This document shows, piece after piece, positions 13,139 to 27,507 of a stretch of DNA of 64,000 nt (positions within the stretch are counted from its first letter, which is position 1; each line of letters opens with the position of its first letter). The translations under genes and the position numbers were made by a program. The notes beneath the pieces were generated by a model. That model was not told the DNA's origin, ran no database searches, and saw nothing but the letters and a program-made list of their open reading frames with translations. Location: positions 9,734,001 through 9,798,000 of the forward strand of contig OZ059897.1 of NCBI GenBank assembly GCA_964057225.1. The letters run 5' to 3'. The stretch comes from Auanema rhodensis (lineage: Eukaryota; Animalia; Nematoda).

Positions 13139-15342
13139 TCAAGATTTCAATTCATTGCCAGCGAAAGGTTTTGCAATCTTTTCCAAGATATTAGGCATTA
13201 GCTTGTCACGAGGAATATCTTGTGGACTGAAAATGGAAGAAAAACATTAAATAAATATATATTTAATCTATATTTAAACCTGATATCAAATGTATCTAAT
13301 GAGAATAAAACAAGAGGATCTGATTGTTTATTAGTTGAAGCATGATGACCACACACTTTCAATCGATGTTCGAGATCAAGAAGTTGGCATTTTCTGCAAT
13401 TTCGATAGATAAATGAGGCATTTTACAGTTTTTTATTTTTATTTACCCGCAGGATAACTTGCAATTCTCATGCATAAACTCTGAACTAAGTTCACATTCA
13501 TTCTTTGAAGCCCAATATTTACACGAAGGATGAATATCCTTACAATCTACAAAAAAGAAATTAAATAAGGAAAGAAAGAAGTGAGAAAGAGAGGGAAACG
13601 CAATGAATACCTGGGCCATTCCAGAATGAATCACGAATACTATTCTGACAACTATTACATGATGGAGCACATGATGATTTCATATAAGTCATGTGTGTCT
13701 TTGAAGTACAATATGATTTCTGAGCCCATGCTTCACAACAATAATGATAATTGAAACCTTGAAAACGACAAGATCTTTGAGTTTAAGAATATGATATTTC
13801 AATGAAACGTACATGTAACTTTATTAGGTGTAGTAGGTCTTGATGTTGTTGTTGTTGTTGTTTTGGTGCTCATTGAAGTTCTCGTTGTTGTTGTTGTTGT
13901 AGTTGAATTATCATCTAATGGAACTAAGAACATACAAATTAATAAATAAACAAAAGAAAAATACTCACAAATACATTGATGATGTCTAGTCATATGGCAT
14001 AAATTACATTTTTTACGACAATTCTCATACATCCAAGGTGTTGTACATCCGGTTGAAGCATAATTCTGATCACAATTGTTTGCACGATCAACACATTCTT
14101 CTGAATTTTGAAACTTCATTTTGAAGTAAAATATCATTTTTACCTTTAGTTACATCAAATAATGGTTTACATGATTTACATGAAGCACTACAGTAAACAT
14201 TCATATATAATGGATTCTTTTCACATTCACCATAGTTTGCCCAACCTTCACAACAATGATGTTCATTCAAGCAAAGCTGAAATTTTTAATTTTTAGAAAT
14301 AGAATTCAATTCAATTCTACCTCTTCTGATGGTTTTTCTGTTGTGGTTGGTCTTGTAGGTGTAGGAGGATTTGTTCGTCTGGTCGTTGTTGTTGTAGGTC
14401 GAACAGTTGATACTGTAGATGGTCTAGTAGGAGATGTAGTACTACTAGTAGTAGTATGAGAAGTTGTTGGAGTTACACTTGGAGGTGTTGTATGTGGTAA
14501 TGTTGTACGGAGAGTTGTAGATGATTGGAATCCGGTGGTCGTTGGACCTGTTGTAGTAGATGGTTCCTTAAAAAAATGAAAAATAAGATTTTCATTCAGC
14601 AAATGTGATTTGACAAACAGTATGAGCACAACGATTGTTAATACAGATGCCTTCATAACATGGAAATTCTCCTGAAAAAAAGTATTTACCGTTAACTATA
14701 CTAACCAATACTGTGTTATGAAACCTTTATTAAATCCAGTGCAATCGCCACCAAGACGAATTCTGGAAGCACATCTAGCTTCTCCATGGGATAAATCACA
14801 AAATAAAAATCTGAAAAACTATAACTTTGCAAAAGGCAAGTTGTTGTAGTTGTTTATGAACCTTGATGCACAATCAGGATTCCAGACTGTACAACTTGGA
14901 CGAGCTTGGAAATCGGCTAATTCTGAAGAACAAATCAGATTTTCAGTTGTTATAATCAGTTTTTGAAATGAAAAATAAAGAAATATTACCAGCATATTTA
15001 TTGGAAAGACCATCAATGTTGGTTAATGGCTCAAATGGCTGCATGATCGAAATTCCGAAATGAGACATACTATTGCATGCAAGATTATCTTCAGGATATT
15101 GAGATTCCCTTTCAGTAGCATTCTAAAGTTTTAAGAAATTTTATGAAATAAGAATTAAAGTAATTTTAAACAATTTTTTAAAACTTAAAACTTAAGTTTT
15201 TAAAGTTTTTAAAGAGATTTCATTGCAATGAAATAAAGTTAATCTTATTAAATGGCTAACTAAAACTTATTTTTTATTTCAAAATAAATTTTAAGACTTT
15301 ACCAAATAACATATTTGTCGAAATCGTTATAAGGTTAAAAGT

Positions 15343-15398
<56 letters not shown>

Positions 15399-16880
15399 TG
15401 GCTAGTATTTCATGTTTCAAGTTATCACACAAAACATTTTTATCGAAAAGAATGTCAGAAGTCAGTATGATAACAGATCATTTGGTATACCTGCTTAGAT
15501 TGTCTCCAATTTTCCCAAACTAAATCAATAAAACAATGATGTAAAAAGAAGATTGGATCATTCGTTGAATTGGTGGAGATAAGCATATCACCTGAAACTT
15601 ATGTTTGTAAATCTTAAATTGTTCTCTTTGATCATACCGCCCACGTAAACATGTGGATTTCCATGTGTATATTCTAAAGCATTCCATGAAGCTGTTTTTG
15701 GACAACCCTATAAGGAATTGAGAATATGACAAGAATTCTGAACAAGTAATGAATACTGTTCGAGCAGCTGTTGAAGCCAAAACATCATTTATGTTGTTGA
15801 AACCCATAAAAGATTTTATATGATCCTCATTCATAAGAGCTGCTTGTTCACCTAGACGACGACTCACATATCGACTATTCTAAATATGGAATTTTTAGTT
15901 TAAATCGTTGAAAACGAAAATTTCCAATTTTCTTTTTTCTTTTTCAGATTTTTCTTTTACTTTTTTTTTTTTCAAAAGCGTAACTCACATCATCAATAGT
16001 CCATCTTGCAAATGAACCACTTAATAAAGAATTATCTATACTTGGATAACCCATTAGCTCTTCACCCCATAGAATAGAATCTAATGGATTTGGAATATTA
16101 TTATCTAATGTTGAATCCCAATAAGGTAATGATACTGTTGGATCAACTTTTCGTAAAGCAAATTCCATTCTGAAAATTCGAATTTCCAAAAAAGTTCTAT
16201 AACAAGTTTGACCTTTTGATGAATTCTCGATGCCATGGTAGAAATGCTGGTCCAGAATGAGCTCCAGCCGATATCTGATAGTCAGCATGGATTAGTGAAA
16301 GCTCACTGTATGATCCATCACGTTTCATTTTCCATGTTGCAGCATGATAGCTTCAATAAGTTGGTTCTCGATTTCAACTTTTTAAGTCTAAGACTTACTT
16401 AGATCTTTCCTGATCAGTCATTTGTCGATATTCCTTTCTCAAAGGTTTGCCCATCATTTGGCCATTTGGAAGTTTACACCATTTATCAACCATAGAACCT
16501 TTATAAATTATATAATTTATAAAGATTATATATGTTTGTTTTCTTTTACCATTGAGAAATGAACAGAAACAGGCAAAATCCATACAATCATACATCCTTG
16601 GTGGTAACGATGGAGATGGAAAGTTTGAGCCCGATGGATGAGTGGATTCTACTGTACTAAGTGGACGTAGATTAGGCGGAACAGTCTAATAAAATCAAGA
16701 ATATCAATAAAAATGTTTCAAAAACAAATTACTTACTCTAGAATCTTTATCCCATTTTTCAATTTGACGACAAATTTCTCTGCGACCTTCATCTGGAGCA
16801 TCAGCACATCGATTTTGAGCACATACCGTTGAAACAAGGAAAAGAAAACATATGAATATCATATGATGATGGTAATACAT
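13139..16880 (-). CDS. tyr: Secreted tyrosinase (nematode tyr family) with Thr-rich linkers and four ShK domains
   Basis: Signal peptide MYYHHHMIFICFLFLVSTVCAQ; LRKEYRQMTDQER; CuA histidines in IHADY, AHSGPAFLPWHREF; LPYWDSTLD; CuB histidines in THGNPHVYVGG and NDPIFFLHHCF. A Thr/Pro-rich stretch at ~14330-14570 is followed by ShK motifs CLNEHHCCEGWA..CSASCKSC, CVDRANNC..CRKKCNLC, CFNYHYCCEAWA..CAPSCNSC and CKDIHPSCKYWA..CKLSCGKC. Stop TGA at 13141-13139. Confidence 0.93.
15346..15395. repeat. (AG)n microsatellite in a tyrosinase intron
   Basis: Direct reading. Confidence 0.9.
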
Positions 16881-17067
16881 AGAAGCGTTATGTGGTATAG
16901 TTGATTTCTTCTATACTAAGTGATCTTCTGATTTGAAAAAAGTTTTTGAAAAAGATGGGTTGGTAAACATAAAGTAAACTCCTCTCTCGCTTCTTTCTCT
17001 CCTTTCTTTTCTCAAATCTTATTCCTTTATTTTCATTTTTGTCATAGTTTTCTCTCTCACAGTAGAA

Positions 17068-17070
<3 letters not shown>

Positions 17071-17144
<74 letters not shown>
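17071..17144. repeat. (CT)n microsatellite ~190 bp upstream of the tyrosinase ATG
   Basis: Direct reading. Confidence 0.9.
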
Positions 17145-19582
17145 ATTCTCTTTTCATGTAATACTTTATAACACAGACAGTCTATCAAGGTTTCTTTAAG
17201 TTAAATGTACCGATTACAACGAACAGAACTGTCATTGCAGTGTCTGTAATAACAGTTTCTCTAATCAGTTTTCTATGTATGTGAGAAAAACGAATTTGTA
17301 ACCAAATACGGATACTATAGTTAATGAACTAACTCTATATATTTGATTTTTTGAACTGAAATTGTAATAAAATTTCAAATACTTAAGCATATAAGTAATA
17401 AAATAAATCAGAAAAGCCACTGATTCATAAAGATATATGAAAATATTTATAATACTATAGTATATTACTTTAATTTCAATTTAGTTTTATATTCTTTAAC
17501 TATATATAAACACATAAACATAACTATAAAGCTATTAATCTTTATTCTAATTATATTATATAGATAGATATAGATATATATGTATTATAGAAGCATATTA
17601 ATTATATTTTTGTTGATCATAAATGGTTACAATTATTATTATAATTAAGATTAAATAACATACTATATAGACAGATATATAGCTAGCTAGATAGCTAGAT
17701 AAATAGTTTAATTTTCATACATATTATTATAATTATATATATATATAGTTATAGTTATATATTTTATTCTTAACATATAATTTTAAAAATCATATATTAA
17801 TATTTGCATATACATATATGAATTACGTGAGAGATACACGTGTATACGTGTGTACGTGTGTTTCACCTGTCATTTAATATGTAGACGAGGCTATATGTAT
17901 AATCCATAGCATATGGATAGGTTTATTTTCTTTTAGTCAGATACATGATTATCGGTTGTATATTCATTCTTAGCTAAATAGATCATTGTATAAATTTTTA
18001 AAATATTTATTTGTATGTTTACATAGATATGTGATAGATACATGTATGTTACATAGCTATTGTATATAATATCTTTAATATAATTTTGAAGAAATCATAA
18101 ATTTAATTTATAATTATAGTCATTGTGCTTGCTTTCAATGATCTCATATATATATAATATAAGAGATACATATGTATATACGTAGATAGATCTATAAATT
18201 ATAATTTCCACCCCCCTTTCCTCTACCTCCTCACCCTTCCCCCCCCCCTTTTTACTATATTATCTAACCTATTATAAACTATATATATACTATAGAACCA
18301 GATAAGGTATTATTGATTGTCTCTGTTTCTCTTATCACCTGGATGAAATGTGCATGCTCTATGCTTGGTTAAATAGATATAGCTTCTATGCATACACCGG
18401 CCGGCAATACCACACCGCACCGGCAGGCTTCCATCTCTATGAGCGACGGCATCGATCTATGTTCCATGCTCGGTTTAGCAAGTTTTTACATTCACTTAAC
18501 TATTCTAATTATATTGTTTGAATAAATAATAAGCAGATTAATTAATAATCAGCGATTTTTATTATATTATCTTATTATGTTATCTCATTAACTATATGAA
18601 CTTTTATATTCAAATTTGAAAATTATTCAGCTGTTGCTACAGTTTCAGAAAAAGTGCTGTTTCAAGCTTTTGTCCTATTGATATAACTTATATTTAATAC
18701 AATTTATTATTATTATTTCATATTTTAACTATTATATAATATTTACATAACCTTATACTCTTATTCTCCCATATTTCCAAAATAGGATGACAAAACTGAA
18801 GAAAAAAAGCAAATCTTTTTTTTTATTTTGAACCAAGAAATGTCATAAAGTTTTTACAAGTATCTTTTTTTTTGAAATTGAGGAAACGATGCAGAGATGT
18901 ACGCCCTGAAGCCGGTTCTAACATCTGAGACCAATATGTTGAATTCAATAAAATTTGCAATAACAGTATCTAACTCAACCTTTTCTTTTTATAAAGTTAG
19001 TTAAAAACTATTAAATTATATTCTATGATATTCTCATTTTATGAATTTTTAACATTTTTTTTTTATTTTAAAGGTATTTTGAGAATTATTTGTTACGTTT
19101 TTAGCGAATATTCACGAGTAAACATAACAATTCTTTCTCATCAAAAGTCTTCTGACTGTTTGCGAATTCAACTTCTCATCTGCTCTCCATGCGCCGCTCA
19201 TTTTCATCGCTTTTTCATCTTTTTTTTTTTAAAAAAAATTCAAATGATATACAGAGAAATAATATATATATATATATACTATATACTATATCTTATCATC
19301 TTATAATTATATTTAAATATTATTATATTACTTATATATTAAATTATTTTTATGATTAAATGAATATTGAAACGAATGAAAGTTCAATGAAGAAATATTT
19401 CATTCATTCAGTCATTCATTCAGAACAAATCTTCTTATACAGACCATTTCATAATCTGTACAAAGTAGGAAATCGTCATGATTGAACAGAGAATATCGAT
19501 TTCTAGCATTGAACTGTGTGGTAAACGAACTATCTTGCTTATGTTACTTCTCATGTTACTTTGATTTCTTCATTTACTTGTT

Positions 19583-19585
<3 letters not shown>

Positions 19586-19632
<47 letters not shown>

Positions 19633-19652
19633 GCTCTCTCTTTCTCTCTCTC
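19586..19652. repeat. (CT)n microsatellite just upstream of the PGAP4-like gene
   Basis: Direct reading. Confidence 0.9.
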
Positions 19653-19744
19653 TGTAATTTATGCTTTTGAAGTTCAATGTGAAGATATTCTCTTTCTAAA
19701 TTAACATATTTTCTTTGTAGCACACGGGTCCCTGCTTGATTTTA

Positions 19745-21207
19745 ATGAGGATTAAAACTATATTGTCACATCATGGAAAATCTATTATTATATTTATATT
19801 ATATATAATTAAAATACATTTAACTATCAAAGCACTACGTCATTTAACACCAACTATATCAGGAGATTGGAGATATTTTCCTGAAAACTACAGTATTGCT
19901 ATAGATGACACAGTTAATACAGCCAGATATGAAGAAGCTTCAAAATATATTTTAGATTATAAGCCTAAGGTAAGTTTTTCTTATTTCAACTTAATCATAT
20001 GTAATAACTATCGTATCATATTTGAAGCCAATTGATGACGATGTTGAATTACGAATCATGGCATCAGATAGGCCAATGCATTACTTAACTCAGGTTAACT
20101 ATACCATATAAATTATAATTATTTGATTTTTTGTTATAGGTTATAGGATATTTTATTCATAATTATTCGAATAGTACAACAATTCCTAAAATAACAATTT
20201 GTAATGCTGGAACATTTTTAATGGAAGAATTAAAAGAATTTAATAATAAATTCTTAATTTATAATATTTCATGTAAATTAATATAAATTATAATATAAAA
20301 TTAATATAATTATATTATAGATCTATCAGTTGATAATAAAAAAGATGATTATTTATATACATTTAATAAAGAATCATCAGATTATTGGAAATGTATTAAT
20401 ATTACTACATCAGCTAGGTATTTCATTTATTTATTATATATTATATATTATATCTTATATAATATTATAGATATATGCTTGTATTTGAAGATGATGCTTT
20501 AGTTATACCACAATTTCCAAAATATTTAAAATCACTTGTTAGACAATTTGATGAAAGAACTTATATTGATTATGCAAAGCTTTATCATCCAACAGCACTT
20601 CGTAAATTGCCATCTCTTCCAATAGTATGTTATATCTCTTCTATCTATATGTATATCATTTTCATTTTAGGCTATAGGTATATCATTATTCTTCTCTATA
20701 TTCCTATATTGGTACTTATTGGGTGGCAAATATTTTATTTTATTCGTAATATCCTTTATATTCATATATGCTGATATACATTCATATGGTTATCAGGTAA
20801 TCATTTATTCTTTTAATTATATAAATTATTCACATACTTTAAATCTTTTTCTAATTCATTATTTGATATATTATCCTTTTTCTTTTTTTTTTCAGTTCAT
20901 TGCTGATGTACGTTATCATATAACTAACCAGGTCTATCTATCTATGCCTGAATCATGTTGTATGCCAGCTGTATTATATCGTAGTTCATCTGTACCATCA
21001 TTATCAAATGAATTATATACTATTCCATTAGTTAATGGAAAAGCTAAAGATCATTTGTTGGATGAATCATCATTATATGGTTTAACATCCGATACAAATC
21101 TCATATCTCATATAGGAGCACTTAGTTCAATCAGACATTCACTTGTACGATTATCACCAAGTGTCTCGAAACATCCAGTTCTAACCTGGTCTCAATACTT
21201 CTGGTAG
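19745..21207 (+). CDS. PGAP4: PGAP4/TMEM246-like protein (GPI-GalNAc transferase family, GT-A fold with inserted TM hairpin)
   Basis: The spliced product has an N-terminal hydrophobic segment, then HYLTQ|VIG, FNKESSDYWKC, LVFEDDA (DxD-like), YAKLYHP, two hydrophobic segments, CCMPAVLY, KAKDHLL and NLISHIG. This is the motif order I recall for PGAP4 (YLxQV, KExxDYxxC, EDDA, KLYHP, CCTPA, KD, NLVxHIG). Confidence 0.75.
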
Positions 21208-21779
21208 CTGCTAGCATACATTCCAAAATCTATTTTTATATTTTGTTTTTTTTATGATGTCATACGCATAGTATATGTTATCAGATCATTATTGTTATAT
21301 TATATAAGCCGGTTCCTTTTTTTAAAAATATGTTTCAATCAATATTATCTTCTTTTTTTTTTTAAAAAAAAGATAGAAAGATAATCAAAAGTATTTGGTT
21401 TATTATGTGATTTCAATTGACCCTGTGCCATATTCATCCAAAATATCATTTGCATGTTATATTGTTATATTTATTTTTACAAAAAAAAACAAATGTTATG
21501 TTTTATATTTTTATTATAATTATTATTATTATTAATTAAATTAATAATTGACATATTTCTTTTAATTGTTGTTTTCTAATTCATTTAGAAAACATATATT
21601 CTATCACCGTGGTAATAGTTTCAAACAAACTCAAACATTCTTTCTTCTTAGTCTAGTTCTCTCTTGTGTTTTGGCAAATAAATATAAAACTCTGTGAAGT
21701 TGTCAACCAAGTTGAACTTTGAAAATTATAAATTTGAATAGAAATTATAAAACAAAAATAAAACAGTTGTTGTGTTGTA

Positions 21780-23804
21780 TTAAGGACAAATTTCCTTTTG
21801 ACATTGATTCTGACACGGTGCCATACATTGACGAGAATTTGCAGAATTGGTACATTGATCTGAGCATCTTTGTTGACAGAAGGTTGAGCATTCATCCAGA
21901 TTTAAGCTTGAATTTATTTATTTTTTGGTCCCGAATGGATGAAAAAAACCTTTTAACAGCAGCTGATGATTGTGTTGTATCCATAACAGATATATTAATT
22001 TTTGGTGTAGATAATGTATCATCATTTGCTACTGTTCCAAATAATTGAGCAGAATTCTTTTGAACCTGAATGAGACAAAGGAAATACGCATTGCAGCTGT
22101 ACAAGCGATACCTGCTCGGAAGTGCAAGCTGAATCGCATTGAGGTGTACATAGATCAACGCAAGCATTTGGTTGAGCCTTTTGACTGATACAAGCCAATT
22201 GACATACCGATTGACATTCAGATGAACAACTAAACAGTTCATATTATATGATATGGTTAGAGCAATAGAGAGCATGAAGAAATAAGGACAACAAACCGTT
22301 GTTTAGGATCTAATCGAACCGGATACGATGAGACATCACGATTGCTTGTTTGAGTTGGTTGGGATGGAGCACAAACCTGACAAAGACATTTTGAATAAAA
22401 TAAAAAACCCAAACAAATGGAAAAACCTCTTGACACGTATGAACACAACTGGTGGGACAGCCTTCCTTTGGCTGAGGATTTCTTTGTGGGCATGATTGCT
22501 TGCATCCAACATTACAATCTGCTAAGCATTGACTAGACATGAACTGTCCATTAACCAGCTGAGGAGGTTCAGATGGATTACGATAATCAGTAGATATCTT
22601 TAATATTTTAGTTTTGAATCATAGAAACATCTAGAGATACCCGAATATTGACCTTAAGTTGGTCATTTGAGGATGGAATTGGAATTTGCACGCTCTGATA
22701 AGTTGATGGCGAATTTTGAGAAAGTTGACTGGAAGATGGAGGCAATGATATTGGTGATGCAACAGCCTGTGGGGGAGTGGCTGGCGCTGCTTGAGGAGAT
22801 GAAGGACATAGTCCATTGCAAGTGGTATTACATGATCGTGAACAATCATTCTTTAAGAAACGTTTTAGTAAATTCGGAAGTATACATCTGAACTACCTTA
22901 GTTATACTTGGCGAACAAGAAGCTTGGCATGACGTTCGACATACGGGCATGCACTTAGCTGATGAAGCATCCAAAACTTCCAAATTTATCTATTAAATAT
23001 CACTAACTGATTTATTTGATATTAAAGCTACCTTTAAAGGAGCTTTCGTTGTTGTTGTTGTTGTTGTCACGGGATTTGCTGCTCTATCACAAACACGCTG
23101 ACACGAATTTTGACATGGTGAATTACATTGAGAATTTGAGAACTGTTGTTGAATACATGCAGATGAACACTTAAATTTTTCTTATGTTACTTGCGTATGT
23201 ATTGAAAATTTAGATAAACCTGCTTAGAACAATCAGATACACAATTTGATCCGATACTCGGAGTTATAATTAGCGATTTAGGCTTTGGCGTTGTGCCAAC
23301 GTTTATAACAATCGGATTGAAGTTTCTAAAGTTTTGAATTCAGATACTTGAGATGCTTTGATACACTTGCAAACCTTGCTGTTGAACATGCTGATCCGCA
23401 TGTATTAGCGCACGTTCTTTGACAAGAATAGGCCGGAAGCCCTTGGAAAGTGCAAGAAGACACACAACGCTGTTGGCAAGCAACAGGACAAGACGATTGA
23501 ATTGGAGACGAAGCACAACTGCAGGGACTGCAAGAAAACGAAGAAACAACTAATAGGGACGATAACAATCTAGGTATACTTGAATGGTGAACATCCACAA
23601 GTCTGTTGAATACCAAAACGTTGACAAGAACATGTCAAAGGTTGCTGTCTAGCACAGCCACATTGACGTTTAGTTCGAACTTTTGGACTATTACTGTCAA
23701 AAGACTGAAAATAGAATTTCGAAAAAAACACACTGATATCAAACAAATCTTACATGTACTACTGATAAAATAATAAGAAATGAGAAGCAGAGTATTGGAC
23801 GCAT
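21780..23804 (-). CDS. Secreted cysteine-rich repeat protein (C-x3-C-x3-C, C_tripleX / PQN-ABU-like)
   Basis: A TTTCAG acceptor lies 6 nt before ATG 23804. Signal exon MRPILCFSFLIILSVVH; furin-type site RTKR then QCGCARQ; repeated units such as CPVACQQRCVSSC, CLADCNVGCKQSC and CSTFCQQRCSDQC, separated by Pro/Thr/Ser linkers. Ends CQNQCQKEICP* (TAA 21782-21780). GT-AG introns are in phase where I traced them. Confidence 0.8.
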
Positions 23805-25003
23805 ATTCTTCTGAAATTACAAATTTGAAATCAATCATAGACATGAACTACTAACTTGATGAGAAAGTTATACGAAATGATTTTAGGACTAAAGATGAGT
23901 ATAAGAGAAAACTGTAGATTTCAAAGCTGATGATGATATGAATGAACGCTTCAATTGCCTCCCCTGAGGGCAGAGCATTGACCGTCGAAAAACCGTAAAT
24001 CAAATATAAACAGAATTGAGGAGAAGCCACTAGATGATCCGTTTTTTCGGCTCCCATCTCTAATCTATCTCTTTGAACTTGATTTCATTGCTTTTCTTAT
24101 TCACACCTTTAATCAAAACGAAGTTCAAAACAAAGAAAAGGGTTGGAGGGTAGTTGAGGTCAGCTTCAGCTCCGGATTCAACCAGTTTCTGGTGTTTTCA
24201 ACCTGATTATTTCATATCAGACTCTTAATAGAATCTTAATGATTTCAATGATCAAAATAAATAATTGCATCCAATCGGCACGTTTTCCAAAATTCTTCCA
24301 AACTTTCATGGAGAACAAGTGCTAACACTTCAAGTTTCAAGTTTCTCTTTCATCTTTATTACAAATTTCATTTTTCTTCAATTATTAAAACTTAATCAAG
24401 CTTTAAGCTAACGAAGCAAGTTTCATTTAGTCAGCATATGCCGCTAGCATCAGATAAAATAGCTAAATTAGCGAATTTCTTAAAAAAATATTTAAATATA
24501 TATTAAAATATTGGAATAGTTTAATTTAATCAAAAATCTGGTATGAAATGGTATGAATTGAGAAAAAAAAACTTTTAACTTTCTTCAAATAATATTATAA
24601 AACTTGAATTAAAATAAATTAAAAAAGTTATTATAAATATTTTTAGAAACACAACATACACAACCGCTCTTCATTTTCTATTATTTTAAAAGATTTTTGA
24701 TAATTTATTATGCTAATTATGCATAATATTGATTGAATTTCATTATATTTCCAAAATAAATTTGATTGTATTCAATCAATATTATAAATAAATAATTAAC
24801 ATTTTTTTTATAAACAAATAAACAAATAAAATATTGATATAACAACAAAAATTTATTTAGCTCCAGCAATAAAATACAAAATATAAATGAATTTAGCAAA
24901 TATACAATACCATACAATCATATCTTTTGTACTTCCTTCATCATCATCTGTATGATTATAATAATTTATATAATTTCTATCAATTGCTGTTGGCCGTAAT
25001 CTT

Positions 25004-27423
25004 CTAGATCTTCTCGTCAGGTTCGACCTCATCCCGAAGTCTGCCGGACGGATTGTTGGCATATCCACCGACCAATTCAACATTGTATCCCTGATTTGTG
25101 GTGACCATCTTGACACCGTGAGCCTGATTCCTCTGTCTCTCAGCTCCACGCTGGAATTCGGCAACACCAGCTCTGAATTCAGCCATTCGTCTTTCAAATT
25201 CCTGAGCCGATGGTCGGGAGAAGCTAGACAGCTGTTCTGGTGAATATCCTGCAGGCTTGACCTAGATTGAATATTGCAATAATATTAGAGGCAGAAACAG
25301 AAAATACCTCCTCGGGAGTCGGTCGGTAGAGGGTTTCAGACTCGTCACCGCTGACATCTATAGCAACCCGTGGACGATGAGCAGAAGCGGAATAAACCCG
25401 TAGTGGAGGCTGTGAATTTTGGAAATCAACTGCTACCGATGTTGCAGGTATATGGACTGAAACAGCAAAATTTGACTAGACGAAACATTGAATTCAAAAG
25501 ATATTCGATTTCATAGAAGTTTATTGACCTGGAGTGTGAGCTATTTGAATAGGGGCTGCTTTCTGGCGGTACGGCTGTTGAGCGGCAGGTGATGGCTGGT
25601 AAGTTTCTTTTGTATTTGTAGAATAAGATGATGCCTGATAGTTGGATTCCTGATTTTCGACTTTAGAGTCGTATGGGAGATCTTCCTGTAATTTCTTTGA
25701 TTTGAAACTTGTAAACATGTGTTAAATAAACCTCGGTATATGACGAGCTTGGTGATACTTCAACTTCTACTGGCTCAGCAGCAGGAGCTGACTTAGGTGC
25801 GGGACTGGGATGGTAGTCCGAAACTGGGGCACAATGAGAGCAAGTACCTACAAGTAAACACATAGTCATACAATGCTTCAGAGAAACGTCTGATTTATAC
25901 CTTGATTACCACGATGTCCTTTCGGTCCTGGTGGTCCTGGTGGTCCTTTTACTCCTTTTGCTCCCCGTTCGCCTTCAATTCCAACTGGTCCTGAAACTCC
26001 AGCGATACCTGGACTACCGTCTCTGAAAGAGAATGAGCGATTAGAAAATCTTTAAAGACTACATTGAATGAATGAATATAAGAATGCTCAAAGTCAAAAA
26101 GGTTTTTTTCAATAGTTACAAACAACTTCAAAGCAAACACATAGTTCGTTCTGATGGCATAAGTCAATACGAAGTTGTTCGATTCAAACATATGTATGTT
26201 TCCTATTTGATCCAAGTAAAAATGAAACAAAAAGTGATTGAAGTTGACTAAAAGTAAATGGGAGGAGTGTATTTGTTTCTTCTTTGCCTTCATTTCAAAT
26301 ATTGTTACTGTTGTTTTGATCTAATGAAATTATGTCGAATTTCTACTTGAAATGAAATTAATCATTTTTCAATCTTCAAGACAATTTCGCTGATTTAGTG
26401 AATTTTATGGTCAAAACCAGTCGATAGCATTGAAGAGAAACAGTTTTTTGGCTGATACCATTACTTGTTTATACAAATTATGTGAATAGTCAAGGAAAAC
26501 AGACTGAAGTTGTTATTTTTTCTTGGAATGTAAACGAATTCTCAAAGAATAGATTGATCAAAGTCACTTTTAAAAGCAATATGCTATAGTAAATCACTGT
26601 AGAAAATGAAAAATATAACTGAAATCATAGCAAACAGTTGGTAAAAAAATATTTTAATGTCAATATCAAGCCATAAATAGGGATTCTAGCTATAAATTTG
26701 AAGTGGTCCAGGATGACAAGGGGGGGGGGTGGATGTTGTTCTGTAGAAATGGAAAAGTAGAAAAAAGCCATTTGGAATGAGCTGTGATTGGAAATGATGA
26801 TAGATTTGTAATGTATAGTTGGGAATTGAATGAGAAATTCAAAAGACAAAAGCTACGATGATGCTTATTTGCAAACGAATAGAAGAAAGAAGCAGACTTT
26901 GGTTGAGAGAATAGTATGGAGAGATGAGAGAATAACAGATAGAGAGGATGAGGAGAGCAGGAGAGAAGAACTGTTTGAAAATGACAGAAGTGGAAAGAGC
27001 TGTTGAGAGTGGACATAATTCGTTATGTCTAGAAAGAATAAAAAACGGAAAAAGAAATGAAGATGGACGAAAACATGATGATAGATAAGGGTATGATAGA
27101 GAGGGACAAAGAATGAGCATATTATATAGAGAGAGAAATAGAGAGAGAGGGAGAGAGAGATGTGACTTAATCTGGAACAGCGTGAGAGCTGGAGCAGTTT
27201 TCCATAAAAAATTGAGAATGTTTAGATTTTGAGTACGAAGAGATGATGATGATGAAGAAGAAGAAACAGAAGAAGATGCGTCAGGACCAGGAGCAAAAGC
27301 ATAAGAGGATGAAAATTATATAAAACTAGATAAAGGAGAGAATGGAATAGTTTCATGTTTAAATCTTATGTTCTTTGATACATTAAAGAGACTGTTATCA
27401 ATAGAAGAAGACAAATACACAAG

Positions 27424-27507
<84 letters not shown>

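Noticed and set aside
25004-26022. A second, separate collagen gene
   Set aside because: It has no N-terminal domain of its own, and splice phase and Gly-X-Y register join it exactly to the exon ending at 29732.
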